From the NCBI RefSeq assembly GCF_009914755.1, contig NC_060935.1: a stretch of DNA of 64,000 nucleotides. The stretch is one strand, 5' to 3'. The notes under the pieces were generated by a model that saw nothing but the letters and a program-made list of their open reading frames with translations, was not told the DNA's origin and ran no database searches. Below, one piece after another: positions 1 to 13,577 of this stretch; the stretch's first letter is position 1; each line of letters starts with the position of its first letter. This DNA comes from the human T2T-CHM13v2.0 reference genome, Homo sapiens. A program made the position numbers and the translations under genes.

Positions 1-826
1 GTAGGGGTGGAGCCATGAGCATCACTGGATGCATTTACCAGGTCCTGATTCCTAGAGCGGACAGGACATGCCACGAGAGAGAAGGAAGCAACCCCCAAGC
101 CCAGCCCTCTCCTCCAGATCCAGAACAGGGGCTTGGGGCATTAGAGGAAACCGCCCTCCTTCCAGGACCCCTGCCGACCTCCCTCGTCTCTGCCCTGGGT
201 CGACTCTGTCAGCCCTGCTGCCTGGACAGGGCTAAGCTCACCTCCAGGCTCCGTGGAGGTGGAAACTGGCCCAGCCGCCCTCCCCAGCTCTCCCCGAAGT
301 GCCTTGGAGAGCAGGGAGAGCAGGGAGTGTGTTCCCAAGATGCCCCTCCACCCTCAGGAAGCCTCGGGCCATCCCTGTGCAGCCCATCAGGACCCAAACC
401 ATTGGAAAAACAGGGAGATTGTTTTCAAGGTTGGAGCTGTCTGATGGTGGCGGTGATACTGCCCCTGTCCCCCGCCTTGTTGAAACAGAGGCTTTCAAAA
501 CTGCCCACTGAGGATGTCATCAAAAGGAAGCAGGGATCTTCTGGGGGGCTGTGGGGGGTGGGGGGCTGGAGGGTGGTCTGACCGTACTCGCCTCCTAGGT
601 CACTTCCCACCTATGTGGGTCTCAGGCCTCGCCCAGGTGCGGGGGCAGTGAAACAGTCTGTTCCAAATGCCCAGGGGCGGACGGGTCATACCTGGCGTGC
701 GGACAGAGTTCTGTCCATTTCACGGTCACGGCTAATGGGGACAGTGTGGTTTCCCAGGGCCTTGAAACCCAGAGAACTGCCAGCTCTGGTGAACTGTGTC
801 TTGTTTCCTTCCCGATATTTCCACAG

Positions 827-881
827 ATTTGACTTGTCTGATAAGGATTCCTTTTTCGACAGCAAAACCCGGAGCACGATT
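827..881 (+). CDS. ANO1: ANO1 exon 5, (L)FDLSDKDSFFDSKTRSTI
   Basis: ccacag|ATTTGAC...ACGATT|gtaagt; 55 nt. Confidence 0.97.
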
Positions 882-2583
882 GTAAGTATCGCACGCGCCT
901 GGAAACGGCTCACTGGCAAGATGGCCCTGGGGATCCAGATGATAATTTCATTTTGGTGAAACTCCTCCCGGTGGAAGCCGGCTCTAATTGTCTGTGACAG
1001 AAATAATTAGAATAATGAAAGGGAGAGGGCAACGAGGGGCCCAGGGGATGGTCGTGCCCCAGGCAGGGGCAGCTGAGAGGAAGGGAATCAGCACAGAGCT
1101 TGGGAAAGCAGGAGGGAAGCCAGACCCCTGGAGTGATTTCAAAGGTCGGTGTTTCTGGATCTGTGCAGCTCCCAGCACATGTCTCAGAGCCGCCTCGTGG
1201 TGGGATTGTGCGTGCCTGACCATCAGGCCACGATTCGGGGCTTTCAGGGCAGGCAGGTGTGGGCAGGAGGGAGGGGTGGTGGAGGCAAAGGCGCGTGGGT
1301 TGAGATCTCTTTCCAGGCCTTTGCCAGAGGAGCCAACTGAGGTTTGAAATCTGACCAGGCCACCCTGCCCTATTCAAGGCACTGGCTTCATGTTTATCCA
1401 ACCTGTCCACCAGCCAAGCTGGGGCTGTGCATGGCTCAGGACCCAACTTCTATCTAAACAAGAAATTAACCTGGCAGCCAAACTTTCGCTGTTATTCTCT
1501 ATTCCCTGCCCAGAAAGCCCAGCCTGGCCGGGCAGAGACAGAGGGCTGAGAGGAGACAGTCAGGGTGACCTTGTCCAGACAACTACTCCTCATGACCACC
1601 ACCTGAGACTGGCAGGCAGCCAGCAGGAGGGCGGTGCAGGTCGTACCAGCACGGGGGGTTCTGAGCCACTGCTGGGACAGACAGATCTGGGGCAGGGAGG
1701 AGGGCATCTCTCTCCTAGAGACCCTGGAGGCCAGTTTCTAAATGGCCAACATGCTCCAAAGAAACTGATAATTCATAGCTTTGGCCTTGGTTAGTCAGGC
1801 CTAATAGTCATCAAAATCCAACAGCCTGCAGGGTTGGCTGAGGTTCTAGGCAAAGCCGTGGAGAACTGACAGCCCTTCCCCACTCCTCTCCTCCACACCA
1901 TTCAATCTGTCCTGGCAATGGGGTGGTCCAGTGTGCAAGTGGATAGGAGTCAGAGAACAGCAGTACTCGATAGGGAGAGGCCCACTGTGCTGGTCTTGGA
2001 TTTTAGACCTTTGGCCTGTGGGCGCTGGGGAGCCATAGAAGGTTGTGGAGCTAGGTTGAGGATGTGGTGAGATCCGTTCTAGAAGGATCACTGCCAGTGG
2101 CCAGCTGTGGGAGGGTAGATGACTGGTGGATGAAGGCTGGTGGCAGTGGTCATAAACATGGGCCATAACTGCATGTGGAAGGGAGGAGGTGGTTACAGGA
2201 GAATCAGCAAGGTCAGAACCGATTAGATCTGAGGGATGATGGGGAGGGAGCCATTGAGAACAGCCTAGTGGGCGATTCCTTCCTTCATTCAGCAGGGATG
2301 TATTGGGCACCTGCTGGGTGGGAGAAAAGAGGCACTGAGGACATTTATAATCCGGCAGGTGGGGAGAGGCAAGCTGAGCTAGAAGACAGAGCCACCGGGA
2401 GGGTGGTGGCCTCAAGGCCTGGTTGTTAAGGGGACCCTGGACCTATTCCAATCTGAAGGAGACAAGTGCTTCTGGGAAAAGGAACAGCCAGGGCGGAGGC
2501 CCTGTGGCTGCAGGAGTGAGTTTGGAAAGTGAGAGAGGCAGCCAGGGGGCGGGGTTGTTGGGACAGGTGGGTCCAGTGGAGGC

Positions 2584-2609
2584 GGGGGGGGGGGGGGGGG
2601 GGTGGGGGG
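2584..2609 (+). repeat. Poly-G tract G19-T-G6
   Basis: direct reading. Confidence 0.95.
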
Positions 2610-3459
2610 AAGCAGTCAGATGGCCTGGGCCAGGGGGAACTGGAAGGATGCTGGCCTTGCCTGAGAGAGTGGAGGCAGAATTGGCATGCTCTGAAATGCA
2701 CGTCTGCATAGCACGACCAGTTCTTCTCATCCCAGTTTACAGATGGAAAAACTGAGGCCGGGAGTGGTGATGTCGCTGGTCCAAAATCACACAGCTGCAA
2801 ATGGCAGAGCTGGCGCCAGGTTCCAGGCAGACAGACTCCCAAGCCGGAGCTGCTGAGGCCACCAAACAAAACACGTCACTAGTCAAGGGGCAGGCAGCCG
2901 GGGGGGAATCCCTTCAGCAGGGCTCTGCCCAGGCACCAGGAACCCAGAGCCCGATGATGGCCGCCTCCTGCCACCGTGGGGAATGGATCCCAAGGCCCGC
3001 CCCACCACCACCACCCCTGATCCCCCAGAGTCCTAGAACATTCAGGGCTGTGTCCCAGAGTGGTGCTGTTCCAACTCAGCTCTCAGCACGAGGGGACTGT
3101 AAATCCACCAGGCAGGGTACGTGGCACAGCTGTGACACAGGACACCAGCACTAGGCCCAGGAGGGCACGGCAGTGCTTTGCTGGGGCCAACTGCCATGAC
3201 TCCCACGTTGGGAGGTGAAAGATGGGAACTGCAGGTGCACCTGTTTCTCCCTGAGAAGCTCAAGCCTTTGACAGTGTTGAGAATCCGGAGCTGGGTCAAC
3301 CCTCCCTGAATAAATGCCATTGTCTTTCCTTGGAAGATAGCACCAAGGAGGTCTTCATGCGTAACGTGTGACCAGGTCCTCTCCAGCCACAGCAGACTGT
3401 TTCTGCTCGTGGGAGGTGCCTTAAGTAACTGCTCACCCCCCTTCTTGTCTCTGCAATAG

Positions 3460-3511
3460 GTCTATGAGATCTTGAAGAGAACGACGTGTACAAAGGCCAA
3501 GTACAGCATGG
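3460..3511 (+). CDS. ANO1: ANO1 exon 6, VYEILKRTTCTKAKYSM(G)
   Basis: caatag|GTCTAT...ATGG|gtaagc; 52 nt. Confidence 0.97.
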
Positions 3512-5292
3512 GTAAGCACGTTTTTGGGGCTTGAGATCAGCATTGGTTTCCAAGTCGGAATCTCACCTCCGAGTCATCTCTGTGGGAGGCAGGCAGCCGG
3601 CTTGGGGTGTTTAAGAGGGTTTTGATTTAAGCCTGTGTAACAGTTCCAGACAAGAGGGCTGGGTTGGGAGCGTGCAGGGCAGTTTTATGGCCCAGCACTT
3701 TTAAACACAAATGTATCCTTCACTTTGGCCTGAGGGGTTTGTGAGCGTGTGGACAGGCTCTCCCTGCACGGGTGGTAAATCCAGGCTGGAAACAGACCAG
3801 TGTTAGGGATGACCGGGGGATTCCTGGCCCTCTCTTGACCCTCACGGTCCAGTGGGAAGTAATTGGGGTTCCAGCCGGGGCGGCATCTCCATGTGGCTGT
3901 TCCGGACCCTTAAAAGCACAGCTGGGCTTTCTGAAAGCAGCGCCCCCTGACCAGGCACCACCAGGTACAGACAGCCTAATTCCGGAAGCTGCCACAAAAC
4001 CATCCTGACCAGGCTTTCTGGGTACCAGTTTCCAGAACCCCTTAAGCCGTAGATACAAAATCTTCCCAATTAAATTGTGTAGCTGGGAACCACCCCCCAC
4101 AGTGGGTCCCTTGCCCACAGCTGCAGGCAGTTTGTGAAAGCCAGAACATTGCAGAGCAAAGGAATGCCATTTCCAGCCTTTCCTCCCCTCCTTCTTGAGC
4201 TGTCTTATGACCTGCTGAGAGCCGTGCCATAGGGTAGCATCCATCACTCTGTAGAAGCCTCTGAAAGGATGAGGCCATGGCTCCCGGGGGACACAGCAGT
4301 TCTGGTGAAAGCTGGAGTCTGTGCATACAGGAGGGACCATCTTGCTGCCTTGGCTTCCCGTGGTGGCAGGAATGCTGTGGGAAGTAAAATGAAGAGCAGT
4401 GGGAGTCAAGGGCTCGGAACTGGAATTCCTGAGGTCAGGCCCGGGAGACAGAGAGAAGACGAACCCTCGACAGCTCTGGTGGCTGCTTGGCCCCAGACCA
4501 TATGGCCTGTGTTCACTCACAGGGATACCCTTGCAGGCCTGAAGTCTCTAAGTCCATGACCTAAGGCAAGGGGAGTGTGGAGGAGTCCCATCCAGGGTCA
4601 AAAGGACTGAGATCCTCTAGAATGGCCAAGCCCTAGTCCACACGACTGCAGTGAGGTCAGGCGGAAAGGAAGGTGACGTTGGGAGTTTGGGTTTTTGAAA
4701 TTGCTCCTCTAGGTCACCGCTGCCAGGGCACAGCCTTGGAAAGGTAACTAGAGGTAAGGAGGAGGCATGGTTCTGGTCCCAGGGCCGGGTCTTGGACCTC
4801 GGTTTCCCCCCTGGGTCCCTGCAGCGTTCCTTCCAGTAGAAACGTGTATGGTTGCAATAGAAGTCCAGCGTCTTCGGGCTGCATGGCCCAGGCTGATTCT
4901 CTGCTCGGGTGGTCCCTGGGGACACAGGGTCTCTGTGTTCCCACCGGTTTTGTGGCGGGGCTGGTTCCCTGCACCTGGTGACGGGGCAGATAGATGCGGG
5001 TCCTCCTCTTCAGCCCTGCTTCACCATGACACCTTGTCTGAGAGTCGACCCACCTCTAAATTCATCCGCAAGTGCTGAGGATTCCCGTCACCTGCCAAGT
5101 TGTGTCCCATAGTCTTGCAGGATGAGCAGGGTGGGGCTAGCTGCGGGATTTAGGAACTGTGATGAGAGAAGGCCCTCCAGATGGAGGGAGTGGCACATGC
5201 AAAGGCCCTGCGGCAGGCAGCACCAGGTTAGCAGCATTCCAGCAACAGGAAGGAGGCCAGCGAGCCTGGCTGAGGGCCTATGTTCACTTTCT

Positions 5293-5592
<300 letters not shown>

Positions 5593-6232
5593 CCCATGTT
5601 CACTTTCTATTGCAGACAAACTTTTCACTCACACATGTGGCTTAAGCCCCTTCCTCTGGTTTTGATTTCTAAGCATCCCTTAGTCCCCTGATCATTCCAG
5701 GTCATTGACCACAGAGATGGCCCATTTTCAAGGGGATTTCGGGAGGTCATTTTCCCGCCGCTATCAGGTGGAGTCTCAGAGGGTGGTCCGCCCAGGCTGC
5801 TGTGAAAAACTTAACGCTCTTACTGCCTAGGAAGCCTCTTCAGCCAAGCAGGGGGTTCCATGAGCAGCAAAGGGCCCCATGGAAACGCCCCCGCCTGGCT
5901 GGGCCCCCACGATGTATTTGGAGCAAGATCTGATTTCCAGGAAACCCTTCCCCACACATGGCCCTGGCTTTCCGGTCCTCTCTCGCAGTCTCCTGGGGCT
6001 GGGCGCCCACATGCGCACCTGTTAGGACACACAGGCATGGTGTTTTTATAATGTGCCCAGTGCAGGCCCTGGGGGCCACGTAAAAAGGGGCCCTGCCAGC
6101 ATTCCACTGCCTCCAGGAGCACTGGACGGCTGTGAGTCCGCCAGAATCACTGGCCACTGACGCTTGCTGCCCCAAATGTAGCTTTGATCCTGTCAGGCCC
6201 TTCCACCTCACTAATAGCCAATGTATAAACAG

Positions 6233-6298
6233 GGCAAGGCGAGGGAAGAAAGAAGGACTCCGCCCTTCTAAGTAAAAGGCGGAAATGTGGGAAGTATG
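6233..6298 (+). CDS. ANO1: ANO1 alternative exon 6b (segment b), GQGEGRKKDSALLSKRRKCGKY
   Basis: aaacag|GGCAAGGC...TATG|gtaagt; 66 nt, phase 1-1; matches the known 22-aa segment b. Confidence 0.95.
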
Positions 6299-6813
6299 GT
6301 AAGTGTGGGCCTCCTCCGGCTTTCCCAATCAACCTAAAATCTAATTCCAAATTGTATGTGTGTTTTCTGACACCATCAATTTTTCCATCCGTATATTTCC
6401 TCATGATTCAGCTTCTCTAACCACTTACAATCCACCTTCCCCATCTGCAGGCTTGCCCTCGGACAGGTGGGGGGAGCCGGTGAATCGGAGGCTTGGGGTG
6501 ACAGTGAAGCCATGGTCCGCTCACACCGCCTGCCTCTGAGACAGAGCCGCCTCTTGGGGTTTTCTCTGTGTCTTCCTAATTCTGCCAATCGAGCATGTGT
6601 TTCGTCATCTCCTAGTTGATAGATCAATAACCCAGCTGCACCCTGTCATTCCTGGGGAAGAAACCCCAGAGGTGGCCGGGCTCTGCGTAGTCAGGTTCGT
6701 TTCATTTTGAGAAGCTCTTATTGGCTGAGATGGCCCTGTGACCGCTGTGACTTTACAATGGGAAGCGGGAGACCCGCCTGCCCCATAACCTTCTCTCTGC
6801 CTCTGTTTTTAAG

Positions 6814-6869
6814 GCATCACGAGCCTGCTGGCCAATGGTGTGTACGCGGCTGCATACCCACTGCACGAT
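6814..6869 (+). CDS. ANO1: ANO1 exon 7, (G)ITSLLANGVYAAAYPLHD
   Basis: tttaag|GCATC...CACGAT|gtaagt; 56 nt. Confidence 0.97.
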
Positions 6870-7449
6870 GTAAGTAACCTTGACACACGATTTATCTCTG
6901 CGTCATTTGACTCCCCAAATCCCGCCGGGCCACACCCCCCAGGGAGCTGCAATTATCCTGTGGTCACAGCTTCCTGCTTGGCTCTCGCTGTAAATGTCAA
7001 CTGTACACAGGCCTTCCCTGTTCCCCGGGTGGGGGCCAAGAAGTTACACACAGGGCCATCTTTTCTCGCAAAACAATCCCACCAAAACGGGGTGGCAGCT
7101 GCTCCTGCCTCGACTTCCTCTGAACCTCGTAGCCAGCGGGTCCACAGCATGTCTTTCCTGGCCTGGGCTCCCCTACCCCCAGCTGGCCCGGGGCTCTGGC
7201 AGAATGACCAGGGCTCTGTACGTGTCTATTTCTGCAGAGCAAGTGGCCAGCTTCCTGAGCTGAATCTCCAGATCCCACTGGTATCCCTTTGACAAATATA
7301 GCCCATGTCAGTGGCTGACTTGGGGTGGAGAGAGAGAGAAGATTGTCTTCTTGTTGTCTCTATGGAAACAGGGACTCAAGTTCAGCAGGGCACTGGGAAT
7401 GGGCCTCCGGGCCTGAGCAGTGTGGGAATCCCAGACAGAGGAGCTCTGA

Positions 7450-7993
<544 letters not shown>

Positions 7994-8289
7994 TAGACAA
8001 ACTTGAGGTGCAGGGATCCCGCAGGGCAGTTCAGGGGTGTATTCTCCAGACGGTTGACCCCAAGGGAAGGAGTCTAGGCAGATCTGCTGCCCGTCACCTC
8101 GTCGCCTCCCTGTCAGGGCCTCCTCCTCACTGTAGGTCCGGGGATTGGGGTGGTTGAGCAGCCCCGCTTCCTCCCTTTGTGCATTCACACATGCTGTTCC
8201 TTCTGCTACGGTACTCTTCCCCGCCCCACCCCACCCCAGGCGGACAGAAGCACCCACACCACGCCTGCCTGTTGCCTTCCTCCCCAGGA

Positions 8290-8440
8290 CTAGTGGCTTC
8301 TTCCTCCCTTCTCTGGGCCTCAGATGGTCCCTGTCCTGCAAAGACACTACCGTCTGACCACCTTTAGTTATGTGTGTCATCTCAAGGAAGCCCAAGCACT
8401 CAGCACTTAATAAGTGCTCAATAAACGTGGTGTTGATTCA
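8290..8440 (+). mobile_element. L2 3'-end relic
   Basis: agcacttaataagtgctcaataaac resembles the L2 terminus. Confidence 0.55.
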
Positions 8441-9717
8441 GATTGGATTGAGTCGGTTTGCCTCGGCCAGCGACCTGCTGTCTGGGGAGGTTTCAAGGGC
8501 AGAGTTCAGGCCCCTAGACCAGGGCAGTGGCTCCGGGTTCCTGCCCTGAAGCCCTGAGTCTGGAGGAGCCCACTCCTCCATTCTGTCAGGCTTTCCTCCA
8601 GAGGACCCAGCCGGTCTGGTTGTTCTGTCCCACCCTGTGTAGGCTCCGGCTGGGCGCCAGGAAGACAGCCCTGCCTGGCACAGCCCATGATCCCAAGAAG
8701 GCAGCCTAGAGCTACATCCATGCTCCTGATTGACCTTTAAGCAGGTAATCCCTGCTGAGAGGCTGAGGCACCGAAGCCAAAATGTTTCCGGCCCTCCCTG
8801 CTTGTTTTGAGTTAGCCCTTTAAGTCTTAAAAGGGAAAGGGGAGAAATGAACGTATCTGAGCACCTACTGTGTGCAGAGCCCTCTGTTTAGAAGGAACTG
8901 TACCTCATATAACCTGTGCAGACACAGAGACTCAGAAAGGCTTAGTAATTTGCCTGAGGTCACACAGCCCCTTTGGAGGAGCTGGGGCCAAAAGCCGTCC
9001 CTAGTGACACTCTGCAACTCCAGTGCCTCGCTGTGTCCCCACCTCATCCCGTCATGGAGGCCAAATGCATCCCTCTTCTTGGCAGCCACTACTGCATTTG
9101 TCTTAGGGATTGACTGTCAACAGTTTAAATTGACTGGCGCAAAACTCCCTCATCAGCTGGATCTATTTATTGTCAGAGAGCCAGCCTCACAAGAAGCATC
9201 TCCAAGATCCATGCAGACAATCTCCTCTTTCAAAATCTTCATCGTGCCTTATGCAGCCATGTGGGGTCTGTTCCCACCTTAAAGATGGAGAAACAGGCTG
9301 GAGGAGCTCAGACCACTTGCCCAGGGGCGCACAGCCCAGAAGGAGTGGAGCTCGGAAGCCCTAGGCTGTGGGTGGCAGGTATCCTTAGGGAATATGGAAG
9401 TTTACAGCCACAGATTTTCCATATGACTGAAGGGCGCCCGTGCTGCTAAGTACCAAAGCTGATGTTTAAGCATTTGGGGAGATGACTGGTTCTGGCCTGA
9501 GCCGCGTGCACCCATGTCCTTACCCAGAATACTGACTGCAGGGAAGTTCAGGCTGGCCTCGGTGGCCATGGTGAGGCTCTCACTGCATGCAGTGTAGTTC
9601 TGGCTTTACATTTTTGCTTCCATCTTCCTCCCCATGAAGCTGTCCTGCATCTTACCCCCTTCCAATCCTGTGCTTACTGCATTCATTCATTCATTCATTC
9701 CTCAAGAATATCTGGTC

Positions 9718-9934
9718 GGTTGGGCACGGTGGCTCACGCCTGCAATCACAGCACTTTGGGAGGCCAAGACGGGTAGATCACCTGAGGTCAGGAGGTTGAA
9801 ACCAGCCTGACCAACATGGCGAAACCTCATCTCTACTAAAAATACAAAAATTAGCTGGGCATGGTGGCACATGCCTGTAATCCCAGCTACTAGGGAGGCT
9901 GAGGCAGGAGAATTGCTTGAACTCGGGAGGCGGA
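9718..9934 (+). mobile_element. 3'-truncated AluS
   Basis: Alu consensus breaks off at gggaggcgga with no A tail. Confidence 0.9.
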
Positions 9935-10431
9935 TAACAACCTGATAGAGTTGTGTGTGGGTAAGAGTCACATGCTCCAACTGAGACCCTGAGGAAGTCT
10001 CCTGGAATCAGAGTGTATCACCCGTACTGAAAGGACTTTGATATTTATGTTGGCTACTTGGCGGCCTTTTGGCTTTCTTCCTGACTAACGAGGTCACCAG
10101 CATAAGGACCTCCGTATAAATGAGGTGCTGCTGGGATCGCGTGGCTGTCTCATCCATGGAAAGAAACTGGGAAACACTAAAAGGAGTCAGGCTTGGGTGG
10201 GTGAGGATCCCCTGAAGACTTAGGAGGAAATTGGTTAAACTGCTCTCAGAGCGTCTTCGTTCCAAGACCACCTGCATTTGGTTGCTTGCTTGAGTGTGTG
10301 GTCAAGTCGTCCCCACCTGGCAGGGGTTAGAAGGGGTCATGGAAGTTGCTGGTGAGGGGAGAGGGCACTGGACAGACCCCCAGGAGCCCCATAGCTTTGT
10401 CTGCCTGGATATTCTTAAAACCCATTGGCCA

Positions 10432-10752
10432 GGCCAGGCGCAGTGGCTCACACCTGTAATCGCAGCACTTTGGGAGGCCGAGGCGAGCGGATCACTTGAG
10501 GTCAGGAGTTTGAGACCAGCCTGACCAACGTGGTGAAACCCTGTCTCTACTAAAAATACAAAAATTAGCCGGGTGTGGTGGTGGGCACCCGTAGTCCCGG
10601 CTACTTGGGAGGCTGAGGCAGGAGAATCACTTGAACCTGGAAGCGAAGGTTGCAGTGAGCCGAGATCATGCCACTGTACTCCAGCCTGAGCGATAAGAGT
10701 GAAACTCCATCTCAAAAACAAAAACAAAATCAAAACAAACAAACAAAAAAAA
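10432..10752 (+). mobile_element. AluS with (CAAAA)n tail
   Basis: Alu consensus. Confidence 0.94.
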
Positions 10753-11558
10753 CTATTAGCCAGGCCAGGCCAGCCATGCCCTGAACCTCGACAGGGCCGC
10801 TCCCTTGCTGCTCCTCCCCAGTTACTTTTGTCAACTGTAGTTATTTGGGGCTCACTGAATGACAGTTAAGTATCATTTTGAGTGTTTGCGAGGGTAACGT
10901 GCACATAGCCATAGGCAGTCTAGACCCATGATGTTCCAAGATGGGCTTTCAACCCTTAGACCCTTCTCTTCCTTTAGGTTTGAAGGTCTGGATCCAAGTC
11001 AGGGTCTGACCGAACTTAGGTGTGTGTCCTCAGAAATGTCAGTTTGCTTCTCGGAGCCTCAGTGATTCCATCTGTAGAATGGGAGTTTTGGACTCACTGA
11101 TTAGATGACAATGACCTTGTCATTTACTGTCCCTCTTGGGATGCTCCACAGTGAGAAGGGAGCAAGACACGGACTGTCCCAGCAGAGTGGGACATATACG
11201 CACCCTATTGATACGACTCTTCCTGCCTCCAAAAGCCCCCTTTCATTTGTGTTTCTGGTTCCAAGGACCCGACCGTGGATCCTCTCCTAGAGTCCCCTCT
11301 GTGTCGAGGGAAGAGGCGGCTCAGGCCGTCCTGGTGGTGGAGGCCAACAGGGCGGCCAACAGGGACGTGCACGGCCTTTCTATCATAACGGGGGCACACC
11401 TGGGCAACCCTCACACTCTGTGTGAAATGTTGCCCCAGGATGATCTTAATTTGTGTCAACGAGAGCTGCTGGGGTTTATGTTTTGAAACATAATGGATGT
11501 GAGCGCCTCCAAAGCTCCATTGGATGATAAGAACGTCCCTTTCCTCTTTTTTTAACAG

Positions 11559-11600
11559 GGAGACTACAACGGTGAAAACGTCGAGTTCAACGACAGAAAA
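11559..11600 (+). CDS. ANO1: ANO1 exon 8, GDYNGENVEFNDRK
   Basis: taacag|GGAGAC...AGAAAA|gtaagt; 42 nt, phase 0-0. Confidence 0.97.
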
Positions 11601-12185
11601 GTAAGTTGATGGAGCGGAGCAGGAGGTGGCTCTGTCGGAGCCTGGAGGCGTTCTGGGGCGGGGTGGGCCTGCAGCTGGACCGAGGACTTACCGGCCTCCA
11701 GGGCCTCCCCAGGGCGCTCGCTGCAGGGGGCTGAGAAGCGGGTGTCCCCTCTCACCTTTTCAGGAGAAAAGTCCGTGAGCTTTGTGTGGCTGGTTTGTTT
11801 TCCTCTTTCTGATTGTCAAAAATGCCCTTGGCAGGTGACCGTGAGCATGGGAAAGGGAAAGCTGTCCTCCCAGAGCCCACTCCTTGCACGCTGTCCTTCC
11901 CTTATCTTCTCGGGACAATCTGAACTGTGCCTGGGCCTCCAGCAGTCCTTGCTGGCATGTGGCCTAATCCCACAGGGCTCCCAGGCAAATAAACTTGGGA
12001 ACCACTGACACCAGGTGCACAGAGAACAATGGCCCCCAGCAGCGCATTGGGGAAACCTGTTTGATGGTGGTCAATGAAGTGTTTCTCAAATTTACCTGAC
12101 CTGGAACCCTTTTAATGGAGAAGTTGTTGAGCTAGTGTTCTAGGGAACACACTTTGGGAAACACTGGGTGACCCCTTTATTCTTT

Positions 12186-12470
12186 TTTCTTTGTTTCTTT
12201 CTTTTTTTTTTTTTTTTTTTTTGAGTTGGAGTCGCACTTTGTCACCCAGGCCCTCTGCCTCCCGGGTTCAAGTGATTCTCCTGACTCAGCCTCCAGAGTA
12301 GCTTGGATTACAGGTGCCTGCCAGCAGGCCCAGATGATTTTTGTATTTTTAGTAGAGACGGGCTTTCGCCATGTTGGCCAGGCTGGTCTTGAACTCCTGA
12401 CCTCAAATGATCCACCCTCCTTAGCCTCCCAAAGTGCTGGGATTACAAGCGTGAGTCACCGCACCCAGCC
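12186..12470 (-). mobile_element. AluS with ~35-bp internal deletion in the right arm
   Basis: cacccagg joins directly to ccctctgcctccc; TSD cccctttattcttt at 12172-12185 and 12473-12486. Confidence 0.92.
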
Positions 12471-13577
12471 AGCCCCTTTATTCTTTAGTGGCTGTTGCTA
12501 ATTTTCCTCACTCCCCAAAGCGCTGGTCCCCACCCTCTACCCCTCACTCTGAGCATGGGAACTCCACCCTTCCCACCCAGGCTCCCCAGGAAGCTCTGCT
12601 TCTCTACCATGCCCCCGAAAAGAACATGTCCCCACCACATCCATTTGCTCTTCCCTCCTCTCCCATGGGCCCACACCCGATACCAGCCTTCCCCCCAGGT
12701 CTCCACGTCAGCCTCTGTTCCCCAAATGTGCCCAGCTTTCCCTCTCGGGAAGCAGTCCTTCCTGGACCCTGCATGTGCAGCCCTTGCCCCATCTGCTGGT
12801 CCTTCCACAGGTGGTGGGTAGAGATGCTTCCCTGACAACCTCACAATAGTGGCCTTGTCCCAATTCCCAGGGGCCAGGACCTCTGTGTATGGAATGTTCT
12901 TCATTTCAGCCTCCCCCACAGGCCCCCATACATGTTTTTAAATCTTTGGTACTTGATACAACTTGCCCGCCTGGGAATCCAGATGAAGATGCTATCTAAC
13001 TTAGCACAAAAATTACATATTTGGTTATTTTTAGTGTAACATCTGGCATCGTCTGGGACCCCATGACTTGCAGAACTCCCGACTCCAATCCTGTTGGAAA
13101 AGGACCATCCCCTCCACAGGCCTGTCCTGACCAATTCCAGCCTCAGAGTCCAGCCCCCTTCATCCCTCCGCACCCCTCTGGCACTTGGCAGATGCCTATC
13201 CTCCCCCTAAAAATGCTTCTTCCATGGACACCAGTAGTCCCTTTCTAGCCGAATTCAGTTCTCTGGGTCACAGGCCCCTGAACCCTACCCCCTCTTCCCC
13301 CTCCTCCCCCTCCTCCATTCTCCAGCCACACTGGCTGCTTTTCTAGTCTCAGGATTGCTTGGCTGATGGTCACGTCAGTGCCAGGACTAGCTCATTCAGT
13401 TACTTATTCATTTGAGAAATACCTACTGGGCACTACTCTGTGCCAGGCCCAGCAAACACAATGCGGGTTTGTCCAGGCCCAGCTGTTTACTCTACCTGGA
13501 ATGATTCCCACTCCCCATGTAATTTTAGGTCCCAGCAGTGGATACAAGGCCTGGCCCATGGGGGTAGTCAAGGAGTA

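Noticed and set aside
6215-6232. Alternative TAG acceptor 15 nt upstream of exon 6b
   Set aside because: Directly adjacent to the putative branch A and would add an in-frame TAA
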